The notes: a model not told the origin generated them from the letters alone. A stretch of DNA of 64,000 bases from Octopus vulgaris (GCA_951406725.2 OX597814.1:17546001-17610000), one strand, 5' to 3'. Shown: positions 29,846-43,183, counted from the first letter of the stretch. Numbers and translations: made by a program.

Positions 29846-30393
29846 ATATATGTTTAGTTGTGTATGTGCGTGTGTGGTTTTATGTATGCTTGTATATATG
29901 TATGTGTGTGTTTGTTTGTATGTATGTATGTATGTATGTATGTATGTATGTACACTGTGTGGGATATGGCAAGAAGAAAATGAGAGCGTAGTTTTCTAAG
30001 ATGGACACTGCAACGATATTGAATGATCCAATGGTTGTTGTGTTTATGTGAGAAAAGAAGGAAGGGCTACCAACCACAAAACCTACTGCTCTATCAAGAT
30101 AACAAACACACAGACACAAAGTTATGTATTTATCTATTACAGAAGTTCCAGCAGCTCTCGGAAGCGCCGCTGTCGATCATAGAAGAAAACCTGTATGTGT
30201 CTATGGAGCGTGTGTGTGTGTGTGTGTATTTGAGTGAGAGAGAGAGAGAGAGAGAGAGAGGGTGGGGAGAAAGTGAGTGTATGCCTTCGCACACGCGTTG
30301 TTATATGTCAACCCTCCCTATATCTTCCCCTCTTCCTGTAAATTTCTACGTTCGTAGCTATATGTGAACGTATGTGTGTGTATACACACACAC

Positions 30394-30454
<61 letters not shown>

Positions 30455-30494
30455 TATATATATATATACTTATTTATTTAGATATATATTTATG

Positions 30495-30551
<57 letters not shown>

Positions 30552-30602
30552 GTATGTATGTATGTATATGCATATATATATATATATATATACAGTATAT
30601 AG

Positions 30603-30635
<33 letters not shown>

Positions 30636-30852
30636 CTGTGTGTCTATGTGTGTGTGTGTGTGTGTATGTATATATATATATACATATATATATAGCGAGA
30701 AATTGAGGTTATAAGAAATGAGGGTGTCATTGAGACCCAGAGGTGTCAGGTAATGCTGAATAAGTGCTACAGACAGATCATAGTTAAGTTCCAGGTTCGG
30801 TAATTTTGCGAATAACGGGTTCAACTTTGGTTCAGTGTCAGCGTGTGTATAT

Positions 30853-31103
30853 ATAAGAATTTTTTACGTAATGAGGTAAAAAATCACGGATGTGTAGATA
30901 GAACATTTATAGATAGGTCTTACAGCTGTTTCCAGAATATTTATTAATTATATCCCTTTATGGGAAACGTTGTGAAAGGATGGTTAAGTCATAGTTTAGA
31001 TGTGATACAAAATAGAGAGTAAGGTGGAGAAACTGTAAGACATTCTATCTATAAATGTTCTAATATCAACACAGCCTTGTTCTTTTTTATTTCATTACGC
31101 AAC

Positions 31104-31110
<7 letters not shown>
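30853..31110. mobile_element. Inverted-repeat element between (TA)n runs, probably Penelope-like
   Basis: Imperfect inverted repeat of about 80 bp (TAGAACATTTATAGATAG.GTCTTACAG vs CTGTAAGAC..CTATCTATAAATGTTCTA); minus strand has GAAACAGCTGTA. Confidence 0.5.
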
Positions 31111-31150
<40 letters not shown>

Positions 31151-31263
31151 ACATATACCCCTTTGTTTTTTTGACCTGGCTTTGACCTGGCTGGATACAA
31201 ACAAGCCAGCTTGTCATAAAGGAGTGCCTTATGACTGCTTACTTGCCATTGCTTATTATTCAC

Positions 31264-31316
<53 letters not shown>

Positions 31317-31449
31317 GCACAAACACACTTGACATCCTTGCACACACACACACATTCCCCTTTTTTTTAAAACTCTCTTGCTTTTAAAAATCATGATTCG
31401 TCTACCTCCCAACTTCTGTTCTTTCAACATGTGATCTCTTGAGCACCAC

Positions 31450-31637
31450 CAGCAAAAATATTTTTTCCTCTGTCTTCCCTTCTTGGGATCTTTCCTTCTC
31501 CTTGTTTCCGACGAAGAGCTCCGCTCGAAACGTTAAACCCTCCTTCCCTTCTTTCCTGAGCGTCAATAATACTTTAATTGTTCCACGTCCTCGCGTTGCT
31601 GTTTTTTTTCTTTTTTTCTGTGTTTTCTTGTTTGGAT

Positions 31638-31641
<4 letters not shown>
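31450..31641 (+). mobile_element. Penelope-like repeat with minimal hammerhead motif, ending in (TA)n
   Basis: GTTT CCGACGA AGAGCTCCGCTC GAAAC GTT AAAC; terminus TTGGATTAAC(TA)n also at 51901 and 57921. Confidence 0.6.
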
Positions 31642-31708
<67 letters not shown>

Positions 31709-32253
31709 ACAGTTGACATCGAGAGTTATGCTTAGCCCCGAACAGGACTACTTTCCACTTTATCAAATGTCGCTACGATACTGTCCAGAATAATACCATG
31801 TGCTGCAATACCATAATATTCAATGACCAAAACCTCATCAATGGATTGAAGTTAGATTGTTCTCAAAAAGAGGCTTAACTTTGTGCTGTCCAAAATCTCA
31901 AATGAGACAATATCAAGGTAAGAAACTCGAAAAGTAATATGAATCTCCCTTCATTCATCAAAAGGCATCCACATGAAAATGGGCATCAAAAAGATGATGA
32001 TAATGTCGGTGCTCCAGCACTGCCGTATTCCATGGAATATACGAAGGATGATCCTACACCACTGGCTAAAATGATCAGGTTACATTTTTATTGAACAGAA
32101 CACCAGACCATCGCAGGGATAGTTATTACCAGTTGAGAATAGTGGACTGGAGTGGAAAGGCGTGAATTGAAATGTTTTGGTTGAGAACACAACGCTCAGC
32201 CGTTCTGAGAATCAAAATCGCAATCTTGCAACCGTGACTGCAACAATCTAACC

Positions 32254-32473
32254 TATTTTTTTACTACCCACAAGGGGCTAAACACAGAGAGGACAAACAA
32301 GACCAAACAAACGGGTTAAGTCGATAATTCTACCTCAGTGCGTAACTGGTACTTATTTAATCGACCCCGAAAGGATGAAAGGCAAAGTCGACCTCGGCGG
32401 AATTTGAACTCAGAACGTAGCGGCAGACGAAATACCGCTCAGTATTTCGCCCAGCGTGCTACCGATTCTGCCA
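32254..32473 (-). mobile_element. SINE family A monomer
   Basis: Family sequence; TSD CAATCTAACC. Confidence 0.88.
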
Positions 32474-32710
32474 ATCTAACCGCTTGGCCACATGCTTTCA
32501 CGCACGCGCACACACACACACACACACACATACACACACACACACACAGAATACACGCATAGACACTTATATGGACGCAATATCATAATACATAATATTT
32601 AAGCCGATCAAGTGATGTGTTATTCTAGAGCGGGTTAAATTTTTCCTAAATTATCCGCATCCTTACCGAACAACATGTGCGTGTGTATACACATAAATAT
32701 ATACTTATAT

Positions 32711-32787
<77 letters not shown>

Positions 32788-32811
32788 GACGGAAATTGAA
32801 AGAAGCCCGTC

Positions 32812-32866
<55 letters not shown>

Positions 32867-33286
32867 CGTGTATTTATGTTTGTGTGTCTTTGTCCTCCAA
32901 CATCGTTGTGTGCCTAGCGGTTCGGCAAAATATACCTATAGAGTAAGTGTCATGCTTAAAAAATTAGATGCTGAGGTCGATCAAAAATTCATCAAATTTG
33001 ATGAGGTTACCTATGAAGAAAACCAAATAATACCAAAATAAAGGGATACCCACGGACTATGAACCTGCAAAATCTTACCACTTTACTTGAATGAAATTAC
33101 AACTCAGAATTTATAAGAAATTCACAATCGAGCATAACAAGGATATTTCCATCATTTGTTGCCCAAACAGATATCACTACACACACGCAATTTTTAAGAA
33201 GTTAACTGTTACTTTATTTTATCGATCTTGAAGGAATGAAATGCAAGGTTGACCTCATTGTGATTTGAACTCAAAACGGAAAGTAT

Positions 33287-33522
33287 TTTTTTCTTTTTAC
33301 TACCCACAAGGGGCTAAACACAGAGAGAACAAACAAGGACAGACAAAGGGATTAAGTCGATTATATCGACCCCAGTGCGTAACTGGTACTTACTTAATCG
33401 ACCCCGAAAGGATGAAAGGCAAAGTCGACCTCGGCGGAATTTGAACTCAGAACGTAACGGCAGACGAAATACGGCTACGCATTTCGCCCGACGTGCTAAC
33501 GTTTCTGCCAGCTCGCCGCCTT
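33287..33522 (-). mobile_element. SINE family A nested in an older related SINE
   Basis: Flanked by TCAAAACG(G/T)AAAGT on both sides. Confidence 0.88.
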
Positions 33523-33750
33523 TCAAAACGTAAAGTGCTGAAAGAAATCTTTATCCGACGCACGAACGAATGAACGATCCTTCTAGATCAGCACCTTATC
33601 GTTTAACAATGAAGTTTTTACTAATAACAGGAGGTATTCAAATCCTGCTCCAGATCAAATCTGCCATTCATCATTTCATATGATAATGGTTTCATATTTT
33701 AGTACAAGACCAGCAGGTTCGGGATAAGGTGTAAGTCGGTTACATAGACC

Positions 33751-33977
33751 GGCGAGCTGGTAGAAACGTTAGCACGTCGGGCGAAATGCGTAGCCGTATT
33801 TCGTCTGTCGTTACGTTGTGGGTTCAAATTCCGCCGAGGTCGACTTTGCCTTTCATCCTTTCGGGGTCGATAAATTAAGTACCAGTTACACACTGGGTCG
33901 ATGTAATCGACTTAATACCTATGTCTGTCCTTGTTTGTCCTCTCTATGTTTAGCCCCTTGTGGGTAATAAAGAAATA
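33751..33977 (+). mobile_element. SINE family A monomer with 13-bp TSD
   Basis: GGTTACATAGACC on both sides. Confidence 0.93.
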
Positions 33978-34386
33978 GGTTACATAGACCGCAGTGCTCA
34001 ATTGGTATGTATTTTATCGACCCTGAAAGAATTGCAAAGCAATATCAGCCTCGGTAGCATTTGAACGTATAATCCGAAGAAATGCCGCCAGGCATTTATT
34101 TTTTTCTGTATATTAATGATTCTACTAGCGCACCGCCTTATCAGTGCTTATATTAATTTCACATTTTGGTACAAGTCCAGCAAGGGAGTAAGTCGATTAC
34201 ATTGACCCCCCAGTGCTCAGCTGGTACATATTTTACCGACTCCGGAGGGGATAAAAGGCAAAGTGGACTCCGGCAGCATTTGAACTCAGAACGTACCGTC
34301 GGACAAATTGCCGCTAAGCATTTTCCCAGCGTTCTAACGACTCTGCCAGTTTGCCGCTTTGTCATTGTGTATAATATAAATAATAA

Positions 34387-34636
34387 ATGCGCCCTTTTAA
34401 AACCTAGCCAGGCTCATGGACTCGGTTTCCCGGTTACAAGGTCGTACGTGCTCCCCAGCTTGACGGGACGCCAGTCCATCGCAGCATTTCTCATTTTTGT
34501 CAGCTGAGCGGGTTGGAGCAACGTGGAATGAAGTGTTTTGCTCAAGAACACAACGCGTCGCCCGGTCCAGGAATCGAAACCACAATCTTACGATCATGAT
34601 GCTGACACCCTAACCACTAAGCCACGCGCCTCCACT
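34387..34636 (-). mobile_element. SINE family D
   Basis: tRNA-like head GGAGGCGCGTGGCTTAGTGGTTAGG; GCTGCGATGGACTGGCGTCCCGTC (V/Meta-domain-like); second copy at 57470-57717. Confidence 0.85.
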
Positions 34637-34979
34637 GTGTATAATATAATAGCAATCAAGCTAAGGTAGTGTTTTAGTTTTGATGTTTATAGCCTTCTCC
34701 ATCAAAATGTGTGGCCTTCAACTTCTGCTACAAACCAACAAGAAAAATATTTCGATATGCTGGTGCAGGTATGGTTGCGCGATAAGAAAAAAGAGAGCGC
34801 TTTGATACCATGTGGTTTGAGGTTCAGTCCTTCTTTGAGCAAGAGATTTCAACTATAGCCTCAAGTCAAATTTCTTTATTATCCATAAGGATTAACACAG
34901 AGTGAATTTGGCAGACAGAAACTGTTTGGAAGCCCATCGCATACGCACACACACATACATACATACATACATACATACA

Positions 34980-35011
<32 letters not shown>

Positions 35012-35178
35012 AAGCGCAGGAGTGGCTGTGTGGTAAGTAGCTTGCTAACCAACCACATGGTTCCGGGTTCAGTCCCACTGCGTGGCATCTTGGGCAAGTG
35101 TCTTCTACTATAGCCTCGGGCCGACCAATGCCTTGTGAGTGGATTTGGTAGACGGAAACTGAAAAGAAGCCCGTCGTA

Positions 35179-35244
<66 letters not shown>

Positions 35245-35476
35245 TGTGTGTGTTTGTGTGTCTGTGTTTGTCACCCTAGCATTGCTTGACAACCGGTGCT
35301 GGTGTGTTTATGTACCCATTACTTAGCGGTTCGGCAAAAGAGACCGATAGAATAAGTACTGGGCTTACAAAAAGAATAAGTCCCGGGGTCGAGTTGCTCG
35401 ATTAAAGGCGGTGCTCCAGCATGGCCGCAGTCAAATGACTGAAACAATTAAGAGTAATAGTAAAGAGTAAAGAGAG
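35012..35476 (+). mobile_element. SINE family B, full length
   Basis: Family head, body and tail. Confidence 0.92.
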
Positions 35477-35479
35477 AAT

Positions 35480-35570
35480 AGGATTGTTGAGGTGGTTTGG
35501 CCTCATGGAGAGAATGGACGAAGAACGGATGGTAAGGAGGGTGATGAAAGCTGAACCAGAAGCAGACCCC
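35480..35570 (+). mobile_element. RTE-like LINE C-terminal scrap
   Basis: LLRWFGLMERMDEERMVRRVMK resembles the RTE motif LRWFGHVxRM. Confidence 0.5.
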
Positions 35571-35967
35571 TGTTTGTGTGGATGGATGGATGGATGGAGA
35601 GAAGAAAGCTTTGGTAGTTATAGGTGTTGGAGTGAGAGAGGCAAGGGAGTTTATAAATGATAGGAAAGCTTGGCGTGTGTTTCTGGACGGTTGAGTGAAT
35701 TTTGATGTTGTGCAAAAAGGTACGGAACCAGCATGATTCGGTGGGGGTGAACCAGCATATGCTGTCGAGCCCTGCTACTGATATTGGAGGTTGCGTTCTA
35801 TGCCTTGACCCCGAGCATAGAACGGAGCTCGCCCCCCTTGAACTGAGAAATGAATGGAATGCTTAGTATGTGTCTTGCTGTGGCTACCTACCTCCAAAAA
35901 AAAAATGGGGAATAGGCCTGGGTATATGATAGGATATCATATACCCATATATGGGTATATGATATGA

Positions 35968-36566
35968 AGGCGGCGAGCTGGCAGAAACGTTAGCAAGCCG
36001 GGCGAAATGCTTAACGGTATTTCGTCTGCCGTTACGTTGTGAGTTCAAATTCCGCCGAGGTCGACTTTGCCTTTCATCCTTTCGAGGTCGATAAATTAAA
36101 GTACCAGTTACGCACTGGGGTCGATGTAATCGACTTAATACCTATGTCTGTCCTTGTTTGTCCCCTCTATGTTTAGCCCCTTGTGGGTAATAAAGAAATA
36201 GGTATTTCGTCTGCGTTACGTTATGAGTTCAAATTCCGCCGAGGTCGACTTTGCCTTTCATCCTTTCGGGGTCGATAAATTAAGTACCAGTTACGCACTG
36301 GGGTCGATGTAATCGACTTAATACCTACGTCTGTCCTTGTTTGTCCCCTCTATGTATAGCCCCTTGTGGGTAATAAAGAAATAGGTATTTCGTCTGTGTT
36401 ACGTTGTGAGTTCAAATTCCGCCGAGTTCGACTTTGCCTTTCATCCTTTCGGGGTCGATAAATTAAGTACCAGTTACGCACTGGGGTCGATGTAATCGAC
36501 TTAATACCTATGTCTGTCCTTGTTTGTCCCCTCTGTGTTTAGCCCCTTGTGGGTAATAAAGAAATA
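35968..36566 (+). mobile_element. SINE family A trimer with 14-bp TSD
   Basis: One head plus three bodies, joined at AAGAAATA|GGTATTTCGTCTG; TSD GGTATATGATATGA. Confidence 0.95.
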
Positions 36567-36789
36567 GGTATATGATATGATGATGTGTGTGTTTGTGTCA
36601 TTGTATATGTCCCCCACCAGATCGGTCGGCAACTGGTATTAGTGTGCGTCTCCATATCTTAGCAGTTCGACGTAAGCAAACGTTAGACTAAGTATCGCAT
36701 AAACACAATAAGTACTGGGAAGGGATTTGCTCGCCTAAACCCTTCAAAATATTGCACCAGTGTGGCCGCATTTCAATAAGTGAAGCAAG

Positions 36790-37097
36790 TGTTGTTGTTT
36801 GTTCCTTTTCGAGCCATGCCTTGCTCATAAGGGCCGGTTTCCTGGTTTCATTGGCGTATAGTTTCCCTGCCTGGACGGGACGCCGGTCCGTCGCAGGCGA
36901 GCTGCAAGATACAGGAGGAAAAAAGTGTGAGAAAATTATGGTGAAAATGTCTGCAGAAGTTCGCCATTAACTTCTACCGGACCCGCGTGGAATTTAGGTG
37001 TTCCGCTCATAAACACACACATCGCCGGTCTGAGATTCGAACCCGCGATCCCTCGACCGCGAGTTTGCTGCTCTAACCACTAGGCCAAGTACCTCCA
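36790..37097 (-). mobile_element. SINE family E, full length
   Basis: C-like head, CCTGCGACGGACCGGCGTCCCGTCCAGG core and (AAC)n tail. Confidence 0.85.
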
Positions 37098-37389
37098 TAA
37101 TTCAAGCAACTAGAAGATAAAGATTAAAGATCGGCGACGATGATGTGGTTATTGCTGTTATTTCTGCTTTTGATGATGATTATTAATCTCATATCGGCCG
37201 TTACCGAACAAACCTTGGCCTAAGGACTTTCCAGCCGTGGCCATCATAGTACATTTGCTTTTAGATACTACATGCAGTTTCATTGTTCAATACATTCTCA
37301 AAGATTTTCTTTCTTTAAGAGAATCGGTTGTGAGTCGAAGAATTCTTCGCTACAGATTCTAGCAGATCAACGTTCGGTATAGCGTCACT

Positions 37390-37745
37390 CTTTCTCTCTG
37401 TCTATCTCTCTATTTCACTCATTTACTCTCTCTCTCTCTTTCCCCTCTCTCTCTCTCCTTCTCTTCCCATCTTCCGACCTCCTCCATGCTTTTCCTATCT
37501 CCCTCCTTTCTCCTTCAATCCCTCTCCCTCCCTCTCTCCTTCTCTCCCTCCCTTCCTCTCCTCACCCTATCTCCCACTCTCCCCCGTCTGTCTTCCTCCC
37601 TCTCCTTCTGTCTTCCTCTCTTTCCCTTTCTCTCCCCTGTATCGCTCTCCCTCTCTCCTCCCTCTCTCACTCACTCATCCTTTCTCTTCCTTTCCCACTC
37701 TCCCTATCCCATGTCTCTATCTGTCTCCCTTCCCGCTTCTCTCCG
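37390..37745. repeat. Polypyrimidine (CT-rich) tract of about 350 bp
   Basis: Direct sequence. Confidence 0.9.
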
Positions 37746-38475
37746 GTCAGATAGCAAGAACAGCAGTGGCAGTAGTTAGATACAGAGAAACAGTAGTAGT
37801 AAACAATATTTCAGGACAGCAGTTAATTATCACCTTATTCATTCGCTCATTCGCTTATTCCTTAATTCCGTATATTCATGTATTCAGGTATTCATCCATT
37901 TATCCTTCGTCCATTCTGTCATATATCTTATAGTATTAAGAGCCAGAACAGAGGTTACATATCCTGATAATTTTCATGTATTATTTATATATATATATAT
38001 ATTCATTTATTGTCATAATTAATTTAGCAAAGTCGGGGCAGGACCCATAACTTTTACAGACCCACTAGAATTATTTTGACAAGCTGATGTGACAAAGAGT
38101 CAGCATTCTCGTAGGATCCGCAGGACAATGTCTGCAACAAAAGAAGAAAAAAAATCATTGTAATTCGGTGAGCTGCATTCGAACCAGGTATCAGAATTTT
38201 TGCAACAGACAGAATTCCACCAATAAAGGAATATATAAGCAAGGAAAACAGAGTAAAATCGAGCATTGTTTTACGTTCTCAACTCCACCACATCAAACAC
38301 ACACATATATATATATATTTCACACACACACACGCATACACATAGACACACATAAACACTATCACATATATTTGGCTTTCATATTTGGTTCCCAACTCAC
38401 ACACACACGCTGACACGCACACGTATATGTATATGTATGTATGCATATATATGTGTGCTGTGTGGTTTGTGTATG

Positions 38476-38564
<89 letters not shown>

Positions 38565-38589
38565 TGTGTGTGTGTGTGAGAGAGAGAGA

Positions 38590-38767
38590 GAATTCACCCA
38601 CCCACCCCAAAAGACGAAGACTGGTGGAGTAGACAACAAACAGATGTATTAGTACAACGCTCGGGAAGTGAAAATGTCTTTAATGTTTCGAATCTACGAT
38701 CTTCCACAGAAAGAAACAAGGAGAGAAAATAAAGAATGTGTAGTGGCTACCGATCTATCCTGGCGAA

Positions 38768-38816
<49 letters not shown>

Positions 38817-38960
38817 CAGAGGAGCGTAGGCTCGAAACGTCGAAGAGGTCAATCTAAATCTAATCCGTTTGTCCTGAGCGCCAAACCTCTATACCCTTAT
38901 TGTATTTCCTTCGCCTCTCTCTGCCATTTACTTTTGTCTTTTTTGATCATTTTGAACTAA
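38590..38960. mobile_element. Two oppositely oriented Penelope-like fragments around (TA)n
   Basis: Minus strand: CTGTGGAAGATCGTAGATTCGAAACATTA. Plus strand: GAGGAGCGTAGGCTCGAAACGTC. Confidence 0.4.
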
Positions 38961-39147
38961 TATATATGTATATCTGTGTGAGTGTGTATGTGTGTGTTCG
39001 TTCGATAGGAGCAGTTTCTATGGTGATTGTAAGATAACCGAATGCGTGGGATCGATACATACATCCTGGAATTCGACCTTTTGATCGATTCATAAGCTGC
39101 ACTATTATGCGCGTGTTGTGTGCGCCTGTGCACATGTCTATCTACAC

Positions 39148-39191
<44 letters not shown>

Positions 39192-39343
39192 ACACACACA
39201 GATGCACACGCATACACACACATGCATACACACACAATCATATAGAAATGGATGAGTAGATAGCGGTCAAATTTCCAACCGAATATATTCAGCTGTTCGC
39301 CCAAGGAAACCGAATTAGATGTCACTTCCACAGATACATTTAC

Positions 39344-39421
39344 CTTTAATGTTATTCTCCAGTGGAATGAACGCAATATAATGCGATCAGATTGATTCAT
39401 TGAATTACAGATACAACCCAT
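39344..39421 (-). CDS. Candidate first coding exon MGCICNSMNQSDRIILRSFHWRITLK
   Basis: Lies in unique sequence; runs from ATG to a phase-0 donor AAG|GTAAAT; MGCxC resembles a lipidation motif. No homology recognised. Confidence 0.2.
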
Positions 39422-40021
39422 CCGTCGGGCTTCTATGTAGTTTCCGATCCGCTGTTATTGAAAATGATACTATATTTCATCGAATTGACCATGAAGCTCG
39501 AACACAGATAAAGGTTGCTGCGGGCTGGCGGAGATATTAATGTGTATGAAAACGACAAAAATGGGGAAAAAAAGGGAGGGGCACCGGAGCCCGCGACCGA
39601 TAACCCCTCGAAATCACTGTTCAATTTAAATCAATATAAATCAACATTATAATCACAAAAATTCAAAAATTACAATTACAAATTACAAAAATATGTTTTT
39701 CATTATTCTTCGTCTTCCTCATCCGGGCCCCCAAGTAAGTTTTTCTGCCGCATGCAGGGAAACCTGCATCGGCAGGCCTTGAAAATGATACTTGCTGTGT
39801 GGTTAAAACTGGAATTTCACATTTGCGAAACACACCATCTTAATCATATGCCCAGACTATGTGCTCTTATATGTGTATGGAGGTGTGTGTGCGTGTATAT
39901 ATGTTTGTGCCTGTGTGCGTGAGAAAGAGAGAGAAAGTGTGTATGTATTTGAACTTTAATTTTTTTACTTGGCCAGTCCATTCACAGTGGCCAAGCTTGG
40001 GTAAGGTATACTTCTTCAAGT

Positions 40022-40407
40022 TGTGGAGGCGCAATGGCCCAGTGGTTAGGGCAGCGGACTCGCGGTCATAGGATCGCGGTTTCGATTCCCAGACCGGGCG
40101 TTGTGAGTGTTTATTGAGCGAAAACACCTAAAGCTCCACGAGGCTCCGGCAGGGGATGGTGGTGACCCTGCTGTACTCTTTCACCACAACTTTCTCTCAC
40201 TCTTACTTCCTCTTTTTGTTGTACCTGTATTTCAAAGGGCCGGCCTTGTCACTCTCTGTGTCACGCTGAATATCCCCGAGAACTACGTTAAGGGTATACG
40301 TGTCTGTGGAGTGCTCAGCCACTTACACGTTAATTTCACGAGCAGGCTGTTCCGTTGATTCGGATCAACCGGAACCCTCGTCGTCGTAACCGACGGAGTG
40401 CTTCCAC
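40022..40407 (+). mobile_element. SINE family C, full length with TSD
   Basis: TSD ACTTCTTCAAGT. Confidence 0.95.
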
Positions 40408-40935
40408 ACTTCTTCAAGTATTCAACGTTAGGATTACAGCTAGGTTCACCGCGATCAATTCATCGCAGGAGAGTTCACTGCCATCCATTCACTGCGTGGA
40501 AAGTTTACCGAGAAAATATATTCATAGTATCTCAACATTGATAGGTAAAAAAAAACTATTTTATTGATAAAGTAGATAAAAAAAATACGATAGCAAAATT
40601 GAAGTTGAAAAATTACGTCAAAAATTTCGTACTGTGAACTTTTCCTGCAGTCAACTGATGACAGTGAACTTACCAGACATGCAATGTTACTCAATACGTG
40701 AGTTTGAAATACCATTTGTGCCTCTTGTATCGTAGTTCCATGCGTAGAATTTGTAGATATTTATTGAAAACATTTATATCTCATTTACTTATCTAACGAA
40801 GTATACGGTCCTAAGTCTGGATGGGGAACCTGAGAAGTATTTTTACTATGCGGTGGCGTTCACTTTGAGGCCAGACAGAGCTGTTAGTGTCACAGTTTAG
40901 AGCTGGTTCTTTCCAGGGTCAATAATATCACTTTT

Positions 40936-41317
40936 GGAAGCGCAATGGTCCAGTGGTTAGGGCAGCGGACTCGCGGTCGTAGGATCGCGGTTTCGATTCC
41001 CAGACCGGGCGTTGTGAGTGTTTATTGAGCGAAAACACCTAAAGCTTCACGAGGCTCCGGCAGGGATGGTGGTGATCCCTGCTGTACTCTTTCACCACAA
41101 CTTTCTCTCACTCTTACTTCCTGTTTCTGTTGTATCTGTATTTCAAGGGGCCAGCCTTGTCACTCTCTGTGTCACGCTGAATATCCCCGAGAACTGCGTT
41201 AAGGGTATACGTGTCTGTGGAGTGCTCAGCCACTTACATGTTAATTTCACGAGCAGGCTGTTCCGTTGATTCGGATCAACCGGAACCCTCGTCGTCGTAA
41301 CCGACGGAGTGCTTCCA
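40936..41317 (+). mobile_element. SINE family C, full length with TSD
   Basis: TSD AATATCACTTTTG. Confidence 0.95.
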
Positions 41318-41625
41318 CAATATCACTTTTGAAGTACAAGTTATTTTTGTAGCTTTGCCAACGCTGAGTTTTACTTATTTCCTTTGCCCCTATCTATTTA
41401 TTTATTTATTTATTGGTACAATCGATAAAGGGTTGGACAAATGCTTAGCAGCACTTCTTCCGACACTTTATGGCCTAAGTTCAAATCCAGATGAGGTCAA
41501 CTATCAATTAAGAGTCAACAGAATAAAGTCAAGTACGAGAGTAGATGTAACCCTTCAGCCCACTTCCTCTACACTTCATGGTCTTGTGACAAAATTTGAA
41601 ATAATTATTATTAATGTACAAGAGT

Positions 41626-41801
41626 AAGGCAGCGAGCTGGCAGAATCGTTAGCACGCCGGGCGAAATGCTTTGCAGTATTTCGTCTGCCGCTACGCTCTG
41701 AGTTCAAATTCCGCCGAGGTCGACTTTGCCTTTCATCCTTTCGGGGTCGATTAAGTAAGTACCAGTTACGCACTGGGGTCGATATAATCGACTTGATCCG
41801 T
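41626..41801 (+). mobile_element. SINE family A lacking tail
   Basis: Family head and body. Confidence 0.88.
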
Positions 41802-41849
41802 GTGTGTATAAATTTATATCAGTATATACACATACATACATACATACAT

Positions 41850-41926
<77 letters not shown>

Positions 41927-42330
41927 CATATATATATATATTACTAGATAGATTGAGAGATAGCGAGTTAGACAGATAGATGTGCATATGTATGTATATA
42001 TGTGTGTGTGTATACATATATATAATGTATGTATGTATGTGCGCGTGTGTGTATACAATGTACTTATGTATATATGTGTGTGTTTGTATTCCTGTCGTCC
42101 GCGTATGTTTATTGGGTGGATTTGTGCACAGAAGAATATTGTAGTTAAAATAGTGAACTTTATTTTTTCTAGGAGAAAATTAAATACTCAAAAACAACAA
42201 TTAAAGTAATACAAATAAATGAAGGACAATACAAAAACTAGAGAAGACAAATAATGCAGAGGCAACATGGATACAACACCCTGTTGAAATATTTGCCATC
42301 AACAAATACCAACGACATACTATGTTTTGC

Positions 42331-42385
<55 letters not shown>

Positions 42386-42528
42386 GGTGGTGGTGGTGGT
42401 GGTGGTGGTGGTGGTGGTGGTGGTGGTGGTAATAGTAGTAGTTGTTGTTGTTTTTGTTGTTGTTGTTGTTGTTGTTGTGGTGGTGGTGGTGGTGGTGGTA
42501 ATAGTAATATTATTATTATTATTATTAT

Positions 42529-42570
<42 letters not shown>
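42331..42570. repeat. Compound trinucleotide microsatellite (TAG/TGG/TTG/TAT)
   Basis: Direct sequence. Confidence 0.97.
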
Positions 42571-42721
42571 CGTTCATGATAATGATAAAATGAAAAGATG
42601 TGAGATGGTGAAAAGGGAAGAAGAATAAAATATTTAGGGATTGGTTTAGTGAATATAACCCCCACTTAGTACCAACAGCACATACACGTGTGTGTGTGTG
42701 TGTATGCATTTCTCTCACCTT

Positions 42722-42754
<33 letters not shown>

Positions 42755-43027
42755 ATGTGTGTGTGTGTGTGTGTCTATACTTTTCATATGATAGAAAACT
42801 AGAAAACTAGATTTACTTATGGTAGAGAAATAGCTAGTTTTGGCTGCTATTTCTAAATTTCGGTATATGGTGAAACAAATTTTTGGTTGAATCCTAATTA
42901 TAATTATACTCATAATTATAAGAATTTTTGTTTTAGTTTACCGATAATGGTTCTTTTAACATACCGAACTACTTAGTAAAATTATTGATTATTAATTAAT
43001 TAATTTTACCCTTTATTGTATATATGT

Positions 43028-43069
<42 letters not shown>

Positions 43070-43151
43070 CTATAGAGATAGATAGACACATAGACAGACA
43101 GACCGACCGACAGGTAGATAGATAATTAGAACGACAGACAGTCCTATAGCT

Positions 43152-43183
<32 letters not shown>

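Noticed and set aside
35968-36566. Regularly spaced repeats suggesting a CRISPR-like array
   Set aside because: The whole 185-bp unit repeats with no unique spacers; it is a eukaryotic SINE multimer.
38054-38266. Hydrophobic 70-aa ORF resembling a signal peptide
   Set aside because: Hydrophobicity follows from T-richness; no convincing splice sites or homology.
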